Of a DNA stretch of 58,783 bases, positions 8,669-18,231 are shown one piece after another (positions within the stretch are counted from its first letter, which is position 1; every line of letters begins with the position of its first letter). A program made the translations under genes and the position numbers. Origin of the DNA: Candidatus Omnitrophota bacterium (GTDB lineage Bacteria > Omnitrophota > Gorgyraeia > Duberdicusellales > Duberdicusellaceae); the NCBI GenBank assembly GCA_021159015.1, contig JAGGSQ010000010.1:1-58783 (forward strand), read 5' to 3'. The notes beneath the pieces are model-generated. The model made no database searches. It saw only the letters and a list, made by a program, of their open reading frames with translations, and was not told where the DNA came from.

Positions 8669-10082
8669 AGACAAAAAAGCGACTGTTTTTATATAGATTG
8701 GCCAAATAATCCTGAAGGGCAAGTTTTTGTTTGAAATTTAAAAGGCGTTGGCGGTATTTTTCTTTATCTTGCGAGAATTTTTTCTTGTCCACAGATACGA
8801 AATCTTCTACTTTTACGATAAATATACCCCGGCTGAGACTAAAATATCTTTTAATAATCTCACCGCGGCGTGTATGAAATATAGCCTCAAGCAGATCTTT
8901 ATTTAATCCTATATCTTCGAGATAAGAATAATGGCCGAAATAAGGTGAGGTCTTAAGAGTGATAAATTTCTGTTGTTTGGTTGGCAAATGTTTAAGTAGT
9001 TTCTCTAAGGTGCCCGCTTTTTCTTGTTTTGCTATCTTAATAAGTTCGCGGGCAATTTCCTCTGCTTGTTGATGAGAGATATTTTCTAAATAAGCTTTTT
9101 TCACCTTGGCTTCACTCCCCTTAAAAGTGGGTAGATAGGCTTCCTGCCTGCCTACTCTTTTTATTATAACTACTTTATCTGCCGCCAGAGCCAAAGGTTT
9201 ACTTGTTTGATTATCCGTAAGAGAGAAGGCAGCTTCGTTTATTTTCTTTACCCATCCTAAATTCTTTATGGGTTCTGAGAGAGAAAAATAATCGGAAGAT
9301 TCTATTTTTAAGGCAAAAGCTTTAGCTATTTGTTCTAGACTGTACTTGCGTGATTTTCTTATGAATTTATATAGGGAGGCAAGTTGAGAGTTCGGTAGGA
9401 TAATGTAGTTTATTTTGACTTTAGGAGGAACACGAAAGTTGTCTTTGTGTTTCTGAAAATAGGCACGTAGTTCTTTTTCTTGTGGGTTAAGAGTCTGAGC
9501 AATCTTGTTATAGTCTATAAGCAAATAAGATATTTTTGCCTTTTCATTTTCTTCACGGTAAAGTTTAAAGACCTCTTTATCTGTAACCTTAACCGCGGAA
9601 CGTACTTTTTTAATTAATTTCTCTACCGCTATTGTATCTTTGAGAAAGCTCTCGAATCGGCTGGGAACAATACCAGCAGCTCTTAGACGGCTTAGATAGA
9701 ATTGTTGGTTGAAGTGACCTTGGTGATTAAGTAAGGCAAGAGACCTTAATTTCTTCAGCAGCTCCTCGTCGCTTGCTTTAAGATTCTCTTTTTTAGCGGC
9801 CTGAGTCAGAAGTATTTGTTGCCAGGTGAGAGTCATTAGTTCCTGATTGGAAACTTTTCTGAGGAAATCGGATCCTGCGGTAAAGAACATTAGCATCTGA
9901 AAGTACTTTTCATAGTTACGGAAAGTTGAGACACTTATTTTATGTTTTCCAATTGTGCCGATATAGCGGCTGCGACTCTGCATAACAGAAGAGATACCCC
10001 AAAGAGCAAAAGCAGGCACAATTACTATTACCAGTGCCCACATTATTTTCTTGATGTCTTTCTGGCGTAACTTTCTCAGCAT
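8655..10082 (-). CDS. PpiD/SurA-like periplasmic chaperone (parvulin-type PPIase-domain protein)
   Basis: N-terminal TM anchor (IMWALVIVIVPAFALWGI), a long helical SurA_N-like region, and a degenerate rotamase-like middle domain. The assignment is by architecture. Confidence 0.6.
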   Translation of the reverse strand: MLRKLRQKDIKKIMWALVIVIVPAFALWGISSVMQSRSRYIGTIGKHKISVSTFRNYEKYFQMLMFFTAGSDFLRKVSNQELMTLTWQQILLTQAAKKENLKASDEELLKKLRSLALLNHQGHFNQQFYLSRLRAAGIVPSRFESFLKDTIAVEKLIKKVRSAVKVTDKEVFKLYREENEKAKISYLLIDYNKIAQTLNPQEKELRAYFQKHKDNFRVPPKVKINYIILPNSQLASLYKFIRKSRKYSLEQIAKAFALKIESSDYFSLSEPIKNLGWVKKINEAAFSLTDNQTSKPLALAADKVVIIKRVGRQEAYLPTFKGSEAKVKKAYLENISHQQAEEIARELIKIAKQEKAGTLEKLLKHLPTKQQKFITLKTSPYFGHYSYLEDIGLNKDLLEAIFHTRRGEIIKRYFSLSRGIFIVKVEDFVSVDKKKFSQDKEKYRQRLLNFKQKLALQDYLANLYKNSRFFVSTLP

Positions 10083-10127
10083 AAGTTTATCTGATTATGA
10101 AAATGCTTATACCATATAATTTTTTGC

Positions 10128-10156
10128 TTTACAACCTATTTTTCCAAATGTATAAT
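10128..10156 (+). promoter_or_regulatory. Sigma-70-like promoter upstream of hisG
   Basis: TTTACA (10128-10133), a 17-nt spacer, then TATAAT (10151-10156). Confidence 0.4.
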
Positions 10157-10180
10157 TAGGCTCGCTTAATCCGAGAAAAT

Positions 10181-11062
10181 ATGTCTGAGAGAGTGTTAAA
10201 ACTAGGTATTCCTAAAGGTAGCTTGCAAGAGGCTACTATAAAATTATTCCGCATGGCGGGTTTTGATATTCGGATTGCTTCCCGCTCCTATTTTCCTTCT
10301 ATCGACGACAAAGAGATAAAGCCAGTACTCATCCGGGCGCAAGAAATGTCTCGCTATGTAGAAGAGGGGGTTTTGGATTGCGGTATTACGGGCGATGATT
10401 GGATAAGAGAAAGCAATTCCAAGGTATTGCGGCTAAGGGAGTTGGTTTATGCTAAAAATACTCTGCAACCGGTAAGGTGGGTGGTGGCGGTTAAGCAGGA
10501 TTCTTCCCTCAGGAAAATAAAAGATTTGTCAGGGAAAAGAATTGCTACAGAGTTGGTAAGGGTTACTAAAGATTTTCTGAAGAAAAACAAAATAAAAGCC
10601 GAAGTCGAGTTCAGTTGGGGAGCTACGGAAGCTAAGGTTAGCTCCGGTCTGGTAGATGCTATTGTGGAGCTGACAGAGACAGGGTCTTCCTTACGCGCTA
10701 ATCATTTGCGGGAAATAGCCACAGTTTGTTTTTCTACTACTCAGTTTATTGCTAACGCTCAGGCTTACCGCAATCAATGGAAGCGGAAGAAGATGGGATC
10801 AATTTTGCTTCTGCTGAGCGGCGCTATTGAAGCTGTAGGTAAAGTAGGCTTGAAGATGAATGTGAGAAGGAGGGATCTAGAAAAAATAGTTAGAAGGCTG
10901 CCGGCACTTAAGAATCCTACTGTAGCCTCTCTTAACGAGAAGGACTGGTTTGCCCTGGAGGTAATAATTTCCGAAAAGGAAGTTAAAGTACTTGTGCCTC
11001 AGTTGAAGAAGTTAGGAGCAGAAGGAATAGTCGAATATCCTTTAAATAAAGTTATCTATTAA
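10181..11062 (+). CDS. hisG: ATP phosphoribosyltransferase, long form
   Basis: [25 protein letters not shown] is present. At 293 aa it includes the C-terminal regulatory domain. No other his genes are adjacent. Confidence 0.9.
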   Translation: MSERVLKLGIPKGSLQEATIKLFRMAGFDIRIASRSYFPSIDDKEIKPVLIRAQEMSRYVEEGVLDCGITGDDWIRESNSKVLRLRELVYAKNTLQPVRWVVAVKQDSSLRKIKDLSGKRIATELVRVTKDFLKKNKIKAEVEFSWGATEAKVSSGLVDAIVELTETGSSLRANHLREIATVCFSTTQFIANAQAYRNQWKRKKMGSILLLLSGAIEAVGKVGLKMNVRRRDLEKIVRRLPALKNPTVASLNEKDWFALEVIISEKEVKVLVPQLKKLGAEGIVEYPLNKVIY

Positions 11063-11087
11063 AAAGTAGAATCAGAAAGGTGACCAT

Positions 11088-11177
11088 ATGCCTTGCGGAA
11101 GAAAGAAGAAACTCAAGAAAGTAAAACGCCATTGGTTTAGAAAAAGAAGAAAACAACAAAGACACAAGAATAAATAA
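11088..11177 (+). CDS. 29-aa highly basic protein, bS22-like (AURKAIP1/COX24-type small ribosomal protein candidate)
   Basis: This ORF is absent from the supplied track because it is under 60 aa. The sequence is MPCGRKKKLKKVKRHWFRKRRKQQRHKNK, with GAAAGGTG 6-7 nt upstream of the ATG. From memory, its pattern resembles Bacteroidetes/actinobacterial bS22 (MPxGKKRKRHK...HKRKKR). Confidence 0.5.
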   Translation: MPCGRKKKLKKVKRHWFRKRRKQQRHKNK

Positions 11178-11417
11178 CAATTTATTCCGTTTTTTCAAGG
11201 CATAATGATAAAACGATTGTTAGCGGTTCTGTGGATAGGAGGTTTTTTTTTGTTTGTTGATAACAATGTTTGTTTATCCTAGGCCAGAGATACAGCTTAT
11301 TTATATGCTTCGTATTTAAAAGGCGTTCTTTCGGATATTTATGGTAAGCCGCGCCGCGCTTTAGAAGAATATTTAAAGCTAAAACAAAAGGAGCAGGTTC
11401 CCGATATAGATTTAAGA

Positions 11418-12191
11418 GTGGCCATTGATTATATAAAAATTAGAAAATATTCTAATGCCGCAAATATTTTAGAAAGAATATGCCGCGATACCACAATTAA
11501 TGCGGAAGCATATGTTCTTCTCTCTCTTACTTACGCCGCCTGGGGTAAGAAATTAAAAGCAGAAGCAGTTTATGAAGAATTTTTGCATCGTCTTTATGCT
11601 CTTTATCCTGAAAATATTAAAGTAGCCGAAGCTCTGGCGGCGTTACAGCTTAAAAAAGGCAACTTAGCTACGGCAGAAAAAATATATCTTTCCCTTCTGG
11701 CTAAAAATCAGAAAGCAGTGAGTGTTTATCTGGGGCTGGCTTATATATATGATGAAAAAAAGGAAATGTCGCGGGCGATAACATTGCTTAAGAAAGCATT
11801 AAGCAGAAATCCTGATAATCCCGAGCTTCTAAATTCTTTAGCTTATATATATGCAGAAGCAGGTATAAATCTGGATAAGGCAGAAGTTATGGTTAAGAAA
11901 GCACTAGAGAGAGAGCCAAATGCTGCGGCTTATTTAGATAGTTTAGGCTGGATATATTATCGGAAACAGGTATACGAACTTGCCCTTAAGTATCTAGAAC
12001 AAGCCTCTAAACTTAGTGACGATCCTTTAATTAAGGAACATTTGGGAGATGTTCTTTATGCCTTAGGCCGCTATTCTCAGGCCATTCGTTGCTGGCGGCA
12101 GATTATAAATATAAAAGGTTTTCCTGCGGTACGTAGACAGGTATTGGAAGAAAAAATAAAACAGGCTCGCCATGAACAAAGAAAAAAATGA
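11418..12191 (+). CDS. TPR-repeat protein (body only). The same frame continues upstream to an in-frame TAG at 11280-11282 and to a signal-peptide-like ORF starting at 11205.
   Basis: TPR repeats are present (AEAYVLLSLTYAAWGK, AVSVYLGLAYIYDEKKE, LNSLAYIYAEAG, YLDSLGWIYYRKQ). The GTG at 11418 is the first start codon after the TAG. See the finding at 11205-11420. Confidence 0.7.
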   Translation: MAIDYIKIRKYSNAANILERICRDTTINAEAYVLLSLTYAAWGKKLKAEAVYEEFLHRLYALYPENIKVAEALAALQLKKGNLATAEKIYLSLLAKNQKAVSVYLGLAYIYDEKKEMSRAITLLKKALSRNPDNPELLNSLAYIYAEAGINLDKAEVMVKKALEREPNAAAYLDSLGWIYYRKQVYELALKYLEQASKLSDDPLIKEHLGDVLYALGRYSQAIRCWRQIINIKGFPAVRRQVLEEKIKQARHEQRKK

Positions 12192-13002
12192 CAAGGTGAA
12201 GATGCTGGCAGATAAATGCCAACAGATGCGGCGGCTAATCGTAAAGATGATAGCCGAGGCCGGAAGTGGTCATCCCGGTGGTTCTTTGTCTTGTGTGGAA
12301 ATAATGGCTTGTTTGTATTTTGCCGTATTAAATCACCGGCCTCACCAACCTTACTGGTCACAACGAGATAGATTCCATCTTTCTAAAGGCCATGCTTGTC
12401 CTTGTTGGTATGCGGCTTTGAGCCTGAGTGGTTATTTTGAAGAGAAGGAGCTTTGGACTTTAAGAAAGTTTGGTTCCCTGCTTCAGGGTCATCCGGATCG
12501 TCGTACCCCGGGTGTAGATGTAGCTAGTGGTTCTCTGGGGCAAGGGCTTTCGGTTAGTATAGGCATGAGTTTAGCGGCTAAGATAGACCAGGAGGAGAGA
12601 AAAGTTTATTGTCTTCTGGGCGATGGAGAGTTAGAAGAAGGAAATGTGTGGGAAGCCGCAATGGCGGCGGCCCATTTTAAGTTAGATAATCTTTGCGCCA
12701 TAGTGGATTATAACCGTTTTCAGATAGATGGAAGTGTGGAAAAAATTATGAATATAGAGCCTCTGGGGGATAAATGGAAAGCTTTTGGCTGGAAGGTGCG
12801 GGAGGTTGACGGGCATAATATAGAAGAATTATTAGAGGCTTTTGGGTCGTTTAAAACTACTAAAGGCAAGCCTACAGTTATAATTGCTCATACTATAAAG
12901 GGAAAAGGTGTCTCCTTCATGGAAAATGTAGTTGATTTCCATGGACGTGCTCCTACTAAAGCTGAGACAGAGAAAGCCTTAAAGGAGTTAGGAGAAGACT
13001 AA
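12172..13002 (+). CDS. Transketolase, N-terminal (TPP-binding) subunit
   Basis: GSGHPGGSLS and GDGELEEGNVWEA are present. This is a split tkt arrangement and the stop overlaps the next start (TAATG). Confidence 0.9.
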   Translation: MNKEKNDKVKMLADKCQQMRRLIVKMIAEAGSGHPGGSLSCVEIMACLYFAVLNHRPHQPYWSQRDRFHLSKGHACPCWYAALSLSGYFEEKELWTLRKFGSLLQGHPDRRTPGVDVASGSLGQGLSVSIGMSLAAKIDQEERKVYCLLGDGELEEGNVWEAAMAAAHFKLDNLCAIVDYNRFQIDGSVEKIMNIEPLGDKWKAFGWKVREVDGHNIEELLEAFGSFKTTKGKPTVIIAHTIKGKGVSFMENVVDFHGRAPTKAETEKALKELGED

Positions 13003-13940
13003 TGGGTGAATTGGTTTACGCTCGCGATGTTTATGGACATACTCTGGTAGAACTGGGGAAGAAAGACGAACGTATAGTAGTCTTAGATGCTGACCTTTCT
13101 TCTTCTACTCGTACTAGTTTTTTTGCTAAAGAGTTTCCCCAGAGGTTCTTAAATTTAGGGGTAGCAGAGCAGAATATGATGGCTACGGCGGCGGGGCTAG
13201 CTGCTTGTGGCAAGATAGTATTTGTGTCTACTTTTTCTATGTTTGCTACGGCACGGGCTCTGGATCAAGTTAGGAATACTATTGCTTACAACAATTTTAA
13301 TGTAAAAATAGTGGCAACGCATGGTGGTTTAACAGTAGGTGAAGATGGGGCATCGCACCAGGCCTTAGAGGATGTTGCTTTTATGCGCAGTATTCCTAAT
13401 ATGCGGGTAATAGTACCTGCGGATGCTCCGGAAGCCAAAGAAGCAGTGCTGGCTGCTTATCGAGAGGAGGGGCCGTTCTATATTCGACTGGGCCGTTCTA
13501 AGGTGGCTTCTTTAGAGAAGCGGGAAAAATTTGAATTAGGTAAAGGGTATATTTTGGCCGCCGGCGAAGATATAGCCATTGTGGCGTGTGGAATTATGGT
13601 GAAAGAAGCATTGCTGGCCCGTCAGATGCTAAGCGCAGAGGGAATAACTCCTTATGTAATAAATATACATACTGTTAAACCATTTGACAAAGATTTGATT
13701 GTAGAAGTAGCGAAGAAAGTTAAAGGATTTGTGGTCTGCGAGGAGCATTCAGTTACAGGTGGGTTAGGCTCTAGTGTGGCAGAGGCTTTAGCAGATTTAC
13801 TACCTCGCCCTCTGCGTCGCATTGGGGTAAGAGACAAGTTTGGCCAGTCCGGCTCTCCCGCCCAATTGTTAGAAGCTTACGGATTAAAAGCAAACAATAT
13901 TTCTGAGGCAGTGCGTTCTCTTCTTAAATGGAAAGTCTAA
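13002..13940 (+). CDS. Transketolase, C-terminal (pyrimidine-binding) subunit
   Basis: Contains GVAEQNMMATAAGLA and THGGLTVGEDGASHQALEDVA. Confidence 0.9.
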   Translation: MGELVYARDVYGHTLVELGKKDERIVVLDADLSSSTRTSFFAKEFPQRFLNLGVAEQNMMATAAGLAACGKIVFVSTFSMFATARALDQVRNTIAYNNFNVKIVATHGGLTVGEDGASHQALEDVAFMRSIPNMRVIVPADAPEAKEAVLAAYREEGPFYIRLGRSKVASLEKREKFELGKGYILAAGEDIAIVACGIMVKEALLARQMLSAEGITPYVINIHTVKPFDKDLIVEVAKKVKGFVVCEEHSVTGGLGSSVAEALADLLPRPLRRIGVRDKFGQSGSPAQLLEAYGLKANNISEAVRSLLKWKV

Positions 13941-14788
13941 CTATTCTCTCGCCAGCAAAAGTAAATCTGTATCTTAAAGTAATGCATAAAAGAAGAGATG
14001 GTTTCCATGATATTGTCAGTGTTATGGAGCGAATCTTTTTCTGTGATTGTTTAAAGATAACAGTTACTAAGAGAAAAGGGTTAAGTTTTAAGTGCAATTG
14101 GTCTTATTTGGAGAATGATAATAATCTGGTGATACGTGCTTTCAGGTTGCTGCGGAAAGAGATAAGACCTTCTTTTCCGGGAGGGATTAAAATTAGTCTT
14201 CGCAAACAGATTCCGGTTGGCTCAGGTTTAGGGGGAGCTTCCAGCAATGCGGCTAGTGTCCTACTCGGCCTGAATCGTCTACTTAATTTGGGATTAAGCA
14301 GAAAAAAGATGTTCTTGCTGGGGGCTAGATTAGGTTCTGATGTAAACTTTTTTATCTCTCAAGCAAGGTTTGCTCTGGTGAGAGGAAGAGGGGAGGAGGT
14401 ATTTCCTATTGCTACAACATTCAGGTTTAGCCAGTATTTGATATTGATACCTGAACCTATTTCTACAGCCCGGATATACCACAGTTTTTCTCAAAAAGTC
14501 CGATTGACAAACTCTCTTGATAATGCTAAACTAATAACGTTTGCACTTAAACAGAAAGATATTTTTCTACTTAAGAGATTACTCTTTAATAATCTTACTC
14601 CTATGGCGATAGAAGCCTCAGCGCGACTGAGAAAGGTTTATAGCTTACTTAATCAAAGTGAAGGCGACTTTGTTCTGAGTGGAAGTGGTTCAAGCCTTGT
14701 ATTCTTACCTGGTGCGGCTGATGCCGGTCTTAAAGAAACAATAGGAAAAATTGAGGGCCTGAGATTAAAAAAAGTTACAACTTTTTAA
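13928..14788 (+). CDS. ispE: 4-diphosphocytidyl-2-C-methyl-D-erythritol kinase
   Basis: Contains PAKVNLYLKV and the GHMP kinase motif IPVGSGLGGASSNAA. Confidence 0.9.
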   Translation: MESLTILSPAKVNLYLKVMHKRRDGFHDIVSVMERIFFCDCLKITVTKRKGLSFKCNWSYLENDNNLVIRAFRLLRKEIRPSFPGGIKISLRKQIPVGSGLGGASSNAASVLLGLNRLLNLGLSRKKMFLLGARLGSDVNFFISQARFALVRGRGEEVFPIATTFRFSQYLILIPEPISTARIYHSFSQKVRLTNSLDNAKLITFALKQKDIFLLKRLLFNNLTPMAIEASARLRKVYSLLNQSEGDFVLSGSGSSLVFLPGAADAGLKETIGKIEGLRLKKVTTF

Positions 14789-14801
14789 AAAGGAGGTTCT
14801 A

Positions 14802-15224
14802 GTGGAGATAACTGAGGTGAGAGTTTCTTTAAAGGATAACAACAGTAAAAAACTAAAAGCTTATGTGACGGTAACTTTTGATAATTCCTTTGTGGTAAGG
14901 AATATAAAAGTTATCGAGGGTAATTCCGGAATCTTTGTAGCTATGCCTACGAGGAAAGCGAAACAATTTTGTCCCCGTTGTGGAAAACGGATTGATATGG
15001 GAAGTAAATATTGTAGCTATTGTGGTAGCCAGTTGCCATTGGTTACTAAAGATAATGATAAGAATGCTCAGCAGATACATCAAGATATAGCACATCCTAT
15101 AAATCAGGAGTTCCGTGATTATCTACAAAAGACAATACTAGAAGCTTATCAGAAAGAGAAAGAAGCGTCTAGATCCGGAAGTAATAATTCTTCTCTGGAC
15201 ACAACTACAGAGACGCACACTTAA
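14802..15224 (+). CDS. spoVG: SpoVG-family protein carrying an internal CxxC...CxxC zinc-ribbon insertion
   Basis: GTG start. MEITEVRVSL..LKAYVTVTFDNSFVVRNIKVIEG.SGIFVAMPTRK and DIAHPINQEFR match SpoVG. About 38 aa (QFCPRCGKRIDMGSKYCSYCGSQL...) are inserted between those two segments. Confidence 0.85.
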   Translation: MEITEVRVSLKDNNSKKLKAYVTVTFDNSFVVRNIKVIEGNSGIFVAMPTRKAKQFCPRCGKRIDMGSKYCSYCGSQLPLVTKDNDKNAQQIHQDIAHPINQEFRDYLQKTILEAYQKEKEASRSGSNNSSLDTTTETHT

Positions 15225-15278
15225 ATACGCTTCTCTCAGAGATAAGAAATAAGAAGGAGAAGGCAAAAGGGTGAGTTT

Positions 15279-15350
15279 TGCCCGGTGGTGTAATTGGTAA
15301 CACACCAGAATTTGGATCTGGTTTTTGAGGTTCGAGTCCTCACCGGGCAG
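15279..15350 (+). tRNA. tRNA-Gln(TTG)
   Basis: Hand-folded cloverleaf with acceptor TGCCCGG/CCGGGCA (U1-A72, discriminator G73). The anticodon loop is ATTTGGA and the T arm is TGAGG-TTCGAGT-CCTCA. CCA is not encoded. Confidence 0.9.
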
Positions 15351-15367
15351 TTTTTATTTAATATCTT

Positions 15368-16633
15368 ATGGTTAGAAAGTTAGAAGCGGTAATTTTAGCA
15401 GCAGGACGCAGCCGGCGTTTTAGGATGAATACGCCGAAGATAATTCAGGAAGTTTGCGGGCGGCCGCTAGTATACTATCTTATTAAACAATTAAAGAAGA
15501 AGAAATATATTAGTAAGGTAATTCTTGTCCTAGGATACAAAGCAGAAGCAATTAGGAAAGACCTGGAAAAATATTTTGGCGATTTACAGTTTGTCTGCCA
15601 GAAGCCTCTAAATGGAAGTGCCAGGGCGGTATTAGCAGCAAAGGATAAAGTGGCCATAAACTCTTCTGATATTCTAGTGCTTTATGGCGATACTTTATTG
15701 CTAGATGATAAAATAGTTGACAGATTATATCGCTATCATATAAAAGAAAACAATTACGCTACCTTTATAAGCTGTTATACTGATACACCTCACGATTTAG
15801 GCCGCGTAATTCTATCAGAGAGAGGACAATTCGTGGCTATTAAGGAGAATAAAGACTTAACACGGCGAGAGAAGCATATTTCAGATATCAATGCCGGTAT
15901 ATATATATTTAACAAGAGAGGACTTTTTAAGACCTTGCCTCAGGTAAGAAAAAATACCCGCAAGAATGAATACTTCCTTACAGATGTACTGGGAATTATG
16001 AAAAAGGAAGGCCTGAAGATAGGAGTATTGCAACTAAAGAGTTGTAGAGATATATTTCTAATTAACCGCCAGAAAGAAATTATAGAGGCAGAAAAACTAT
16101 TGTGTAACAAGGTGCAGAGGAGACTGATAGAAAAAGGAGTAAGAATTATTGATCCTCATTCTACTTTTATTTACCCTGAAGTAAATATTGGTCATGATAC
16201 TATAATTTATCCCTTTACCTTTATAGAGAATAATGTTAAAATTGGCAAATATTGCCGCATAGGGCCATTTGCTCATATAAGGGCTTTTACCCAGATAAAA
16301 GATAAGACAGAGGTAGGTAATTTTAGCGAGATAGTGCGTTCATCTTTAGGTCGTGAGGTAAAAATGAAACATTTTAGTTATATTGGCGATACTTATGTAG
16401 AAGATAAAGTTAATGTGGGGGCCGGGAGCGTCGTAGCCAATTATGACGGCAAGCATAAACATAAGAGTTATATTGGCAAAAGTGCCTTTATCGGCTCGAA
16501 TTCTACGCTGGTGGCGCCGGTAAAGGTGGGTAAATCTAGTGTCACAGGGGCGGGAAGTGTAGTGCGCAAAAGGGTGCCACCTTATACCGTAGTAGTAGGG
16601 GTACCAGCAAAAATATTAAGGAGAAAGAAATGA
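15368..16633 (+). CDS. glmU: Bifunctional GlcNAc-1-phosphate uridyltransferase / glucosamine-1-phosphate acetyltransferase-like protein
   Basis: N-terminal nucleotidyltransferase fold (AVILAAGRSRRF), with C-terminal left-handed beta-helix hexapeptide repeats (VGAGSVVANYDG, IGSNSTLVAPV). Confidence 0.85.
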   Translation: MVRKLEAVILAAGRSRRFRMNTPKIIQEVCGRPLVYYLIKQLKKKKYISKVILVLGYKAEAIRKDLEKYFGDLQFVCQKPLNGSARAVLAAKDKVAINSSDILVLYGDTLLLDDKIVDRLYRYHIKENNYATFISCYTDTPHDLGRVILSERGQFVAIKENKDLTRREKHISDINAGIYIFNKRGLFKTLPQVRKNTRKNEYFLTDVLGIMKKEGLKIGVLQLKSCRDIFLINRQKEIIEAEKLLCNKVQRRLIEKGVRIIDPHSTFIYPEVNIGHDTIIYPFTFIENNVKIGKYCRIGPFAHIRAFTQIKDKTEVGNFSEIVRSSLGREVKMKHFSYIGDTYVEDKVNVGAGSVVANYDGKHKHKSYIGKSAFIGSNSTLVAPVKVGKSSVTGAGSVVRKRVPPYTVVVGVPAKILRRKK

Positions 16634-17580
16634 ACAAGGAAGTGGCTCTTTTTTGTGGGAATGCCAATGTGGCTTTAGCCAAAGCTATTGCTAAATATCT
16701 CAAGATTCCTCTTTCCGATGCTTTAGTCTCCCGTTTTAGCGATGGTGAAGTAAGAGTAAAGATAAAAGAAAATGTGCGGGGCAAAGATGTATTTGTAGTA
16801 CAACCTACCTGCACGCCTGTAAATGACAATTTGATGGAGCTTTTGGTTATGATGGATGCTCTAAAGCGGGCTTCGGCTAAACGGATAACCGCCGTAATAC
16901 CCTATTTTGGCTATGCACGTCAGGATAGAAAAGACCAGCCGCGCGTTCCTATTAGCGCAAAACTAGTTGCTAATCTCCTGGTGGTATCGGGTGCGAGCCG
17001 AGTTCTCACTGTAGATCTGCATGCCGGTCAAATTCAGGGATTTTTTGATATTCCCCTGGATAATCTGTATGCTATAAATATTTTTATAGATACACTAAGA
17101 AAGATGATTAGACCCAAAAAAACGGTAGTAGTTTCGCCAGATGTCGGTGGCATAAAGATGGCCCGTGGTTATGCCAAACGCCTGGGGACGTCTCTGGCTA
17201 TAATTGACAAACGCCGCAATTCTCCTGAGTCAACCGAGGTTATGCATATTCTGGGTGAAGTTAAGGGTAAAGATGCGGTTTTGGTAGATGATATCATAGC
17301 CACGGGAGGTTCTTTGGTAGAAGCAGCCACAGCTTTAAAGAAGGAGGGGGCAAGAAATATCTATGCGGCTATCACGCACGGAGTGCTTTCGGCTAATGCT
17401 ATAGAGAGAATTAGCCATTCGGCGATCTCTCAGCTCTTGATAACTAATAGTATTCCTCTTGCCAGAGAGAAAAAAATATCTAAAATAAAAGTCTTAAATA
17501 TGGCGCCTCTTTTGGCTGAAGCCATAAAAAGGATTCATTTTGAACGCTCGATAAGTATACTGTTTGACTATGCAGATTAG
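16630..17580 (+). CDS. prs: Ribose-phosphate pyrophosphokinase
   Basis: Contains YFGYARQDRK, DLHAGQIQGFF and VLVDDIIATGGS. Confidence 0.95.
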   Translation: MNKEVALFCGNANVALAKAIAKYLKIPLSDALVSRFSDGEVRVKIKENVRGKDVFVVQPTCTPVNDNLMELLVMMDALKRASAKRITAVIPYFGYARQDRKDQPRVPISAKLVANLLVVSGASRVLTVDLHAGQIQGFFDIPLDNLYAINIFIDTLRKMIRPKKTVVVSPDVGGIKMARGYAKRLGTSLAIIDKRRNSPESTEVMHILGEVKGKDAVLVDDIIATGGSLVEAATALKKEGARNIYAAITHGVLSANAIERISHSAISQLLITNSIPLAREKKISKIKVLNMAPLLAEAIKRIHFERSISILFDYAD

Positions 17581-17589
17581 GAGGTAGAA

Positions 17590-18231
17590 GTGGAAAGACT
17601 TACAGTTGTAGCCGAAGAAAGAAGCTCTCAGGAAAGTCCAAACTTTTTACGGCAAAAAGGGTATATTCCCGCTGTAGTTTATAGCAAGGATTTTAATCTA
17701 CTTATTAAAATCACTAAAGATAAACTCAACTTCCTTCTAAGCCACGCTTTTTCTGAGAACAAAATTATAGATTTGGATATAAAAGACAAAGAAACCTTTC
17801 CGGTGCTATTGAAGGAATTGCAACGACATCCTCTAACGGAAGAAGTTATCCATTGCGATTTTCTCAGAGTATCTATGGATAAAAAGATAAAAGTTAATAT
17901 TCCTCTTTCTATCCAAGGAGAAGCTAAAGGAGTAAAGGAAGGGGGAGTTTTAGAAGTATTTTTGCATGAGATAGAAGTAGAATGTTTGCCGCAGGATATT
18001 CCTTCCCAAATCGAGGTAGATATTTCAAAACTGGAGATAGGGAAATCAGTTCATATTCGTGATATTAATCTTCCTCCTAAGGTAAAATCTCTGGCGGCAG
18101 CAGAAGAGGTGGTGTTAAGTATAGTTTCACCGCAAAAAGAAGAAGAGACAGAAACAGAGACGGAGGAAGCTGCCCCAGAACCAGAGGTAATAAAAGAAAA
18201 ACCTAAGACAGAAGAGGAGAAGCAAGGTTGA
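17590..18231 (+). CDS. rplY: 50S ribosomal protein L25 / general stress protein Ctc
   Basis: GTG start, two-domain L25/Ctc length, and an acidic Glu/Lys-rich tail. The position between prs and pth matches Bacillus. Confidence 0.85.
   Translation: MERLTVVAEERSSQESPNFLRQKGYIPAVVYSKDFNLLIKITKDKLNFLLSHAFSENKIIDLDIKDKETFPVLLKELQRHPLTEEVIHCDFLRVSMDKKIKVNIPLSIQGEAKGVKEGGVLEVFLHEIEVECLPQDIPSQIEVDISKLEIGKSVHIRDINLPPKVKSLAAAEEVVLSIVSPQKEEETETETEEAAPEPEVIKEKPKTEEEKQG

Noticed and set aside
11280-11282. Stop-codon reassignment (TAG or TGA read as sense), suggested by in-frame stops in the TPR gene and in the IS transposase (58524-58526 and 58578-58580).
   Set aside because: TAG, TGA and TAA all terminate well-conserved full-length genes here at the expected positions. 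Examples are the pncB fusion and ferredoxin at TAG, ccdA at TGA and PFOR at TAA. Local mutation or sequencing error is the simpler explanation.
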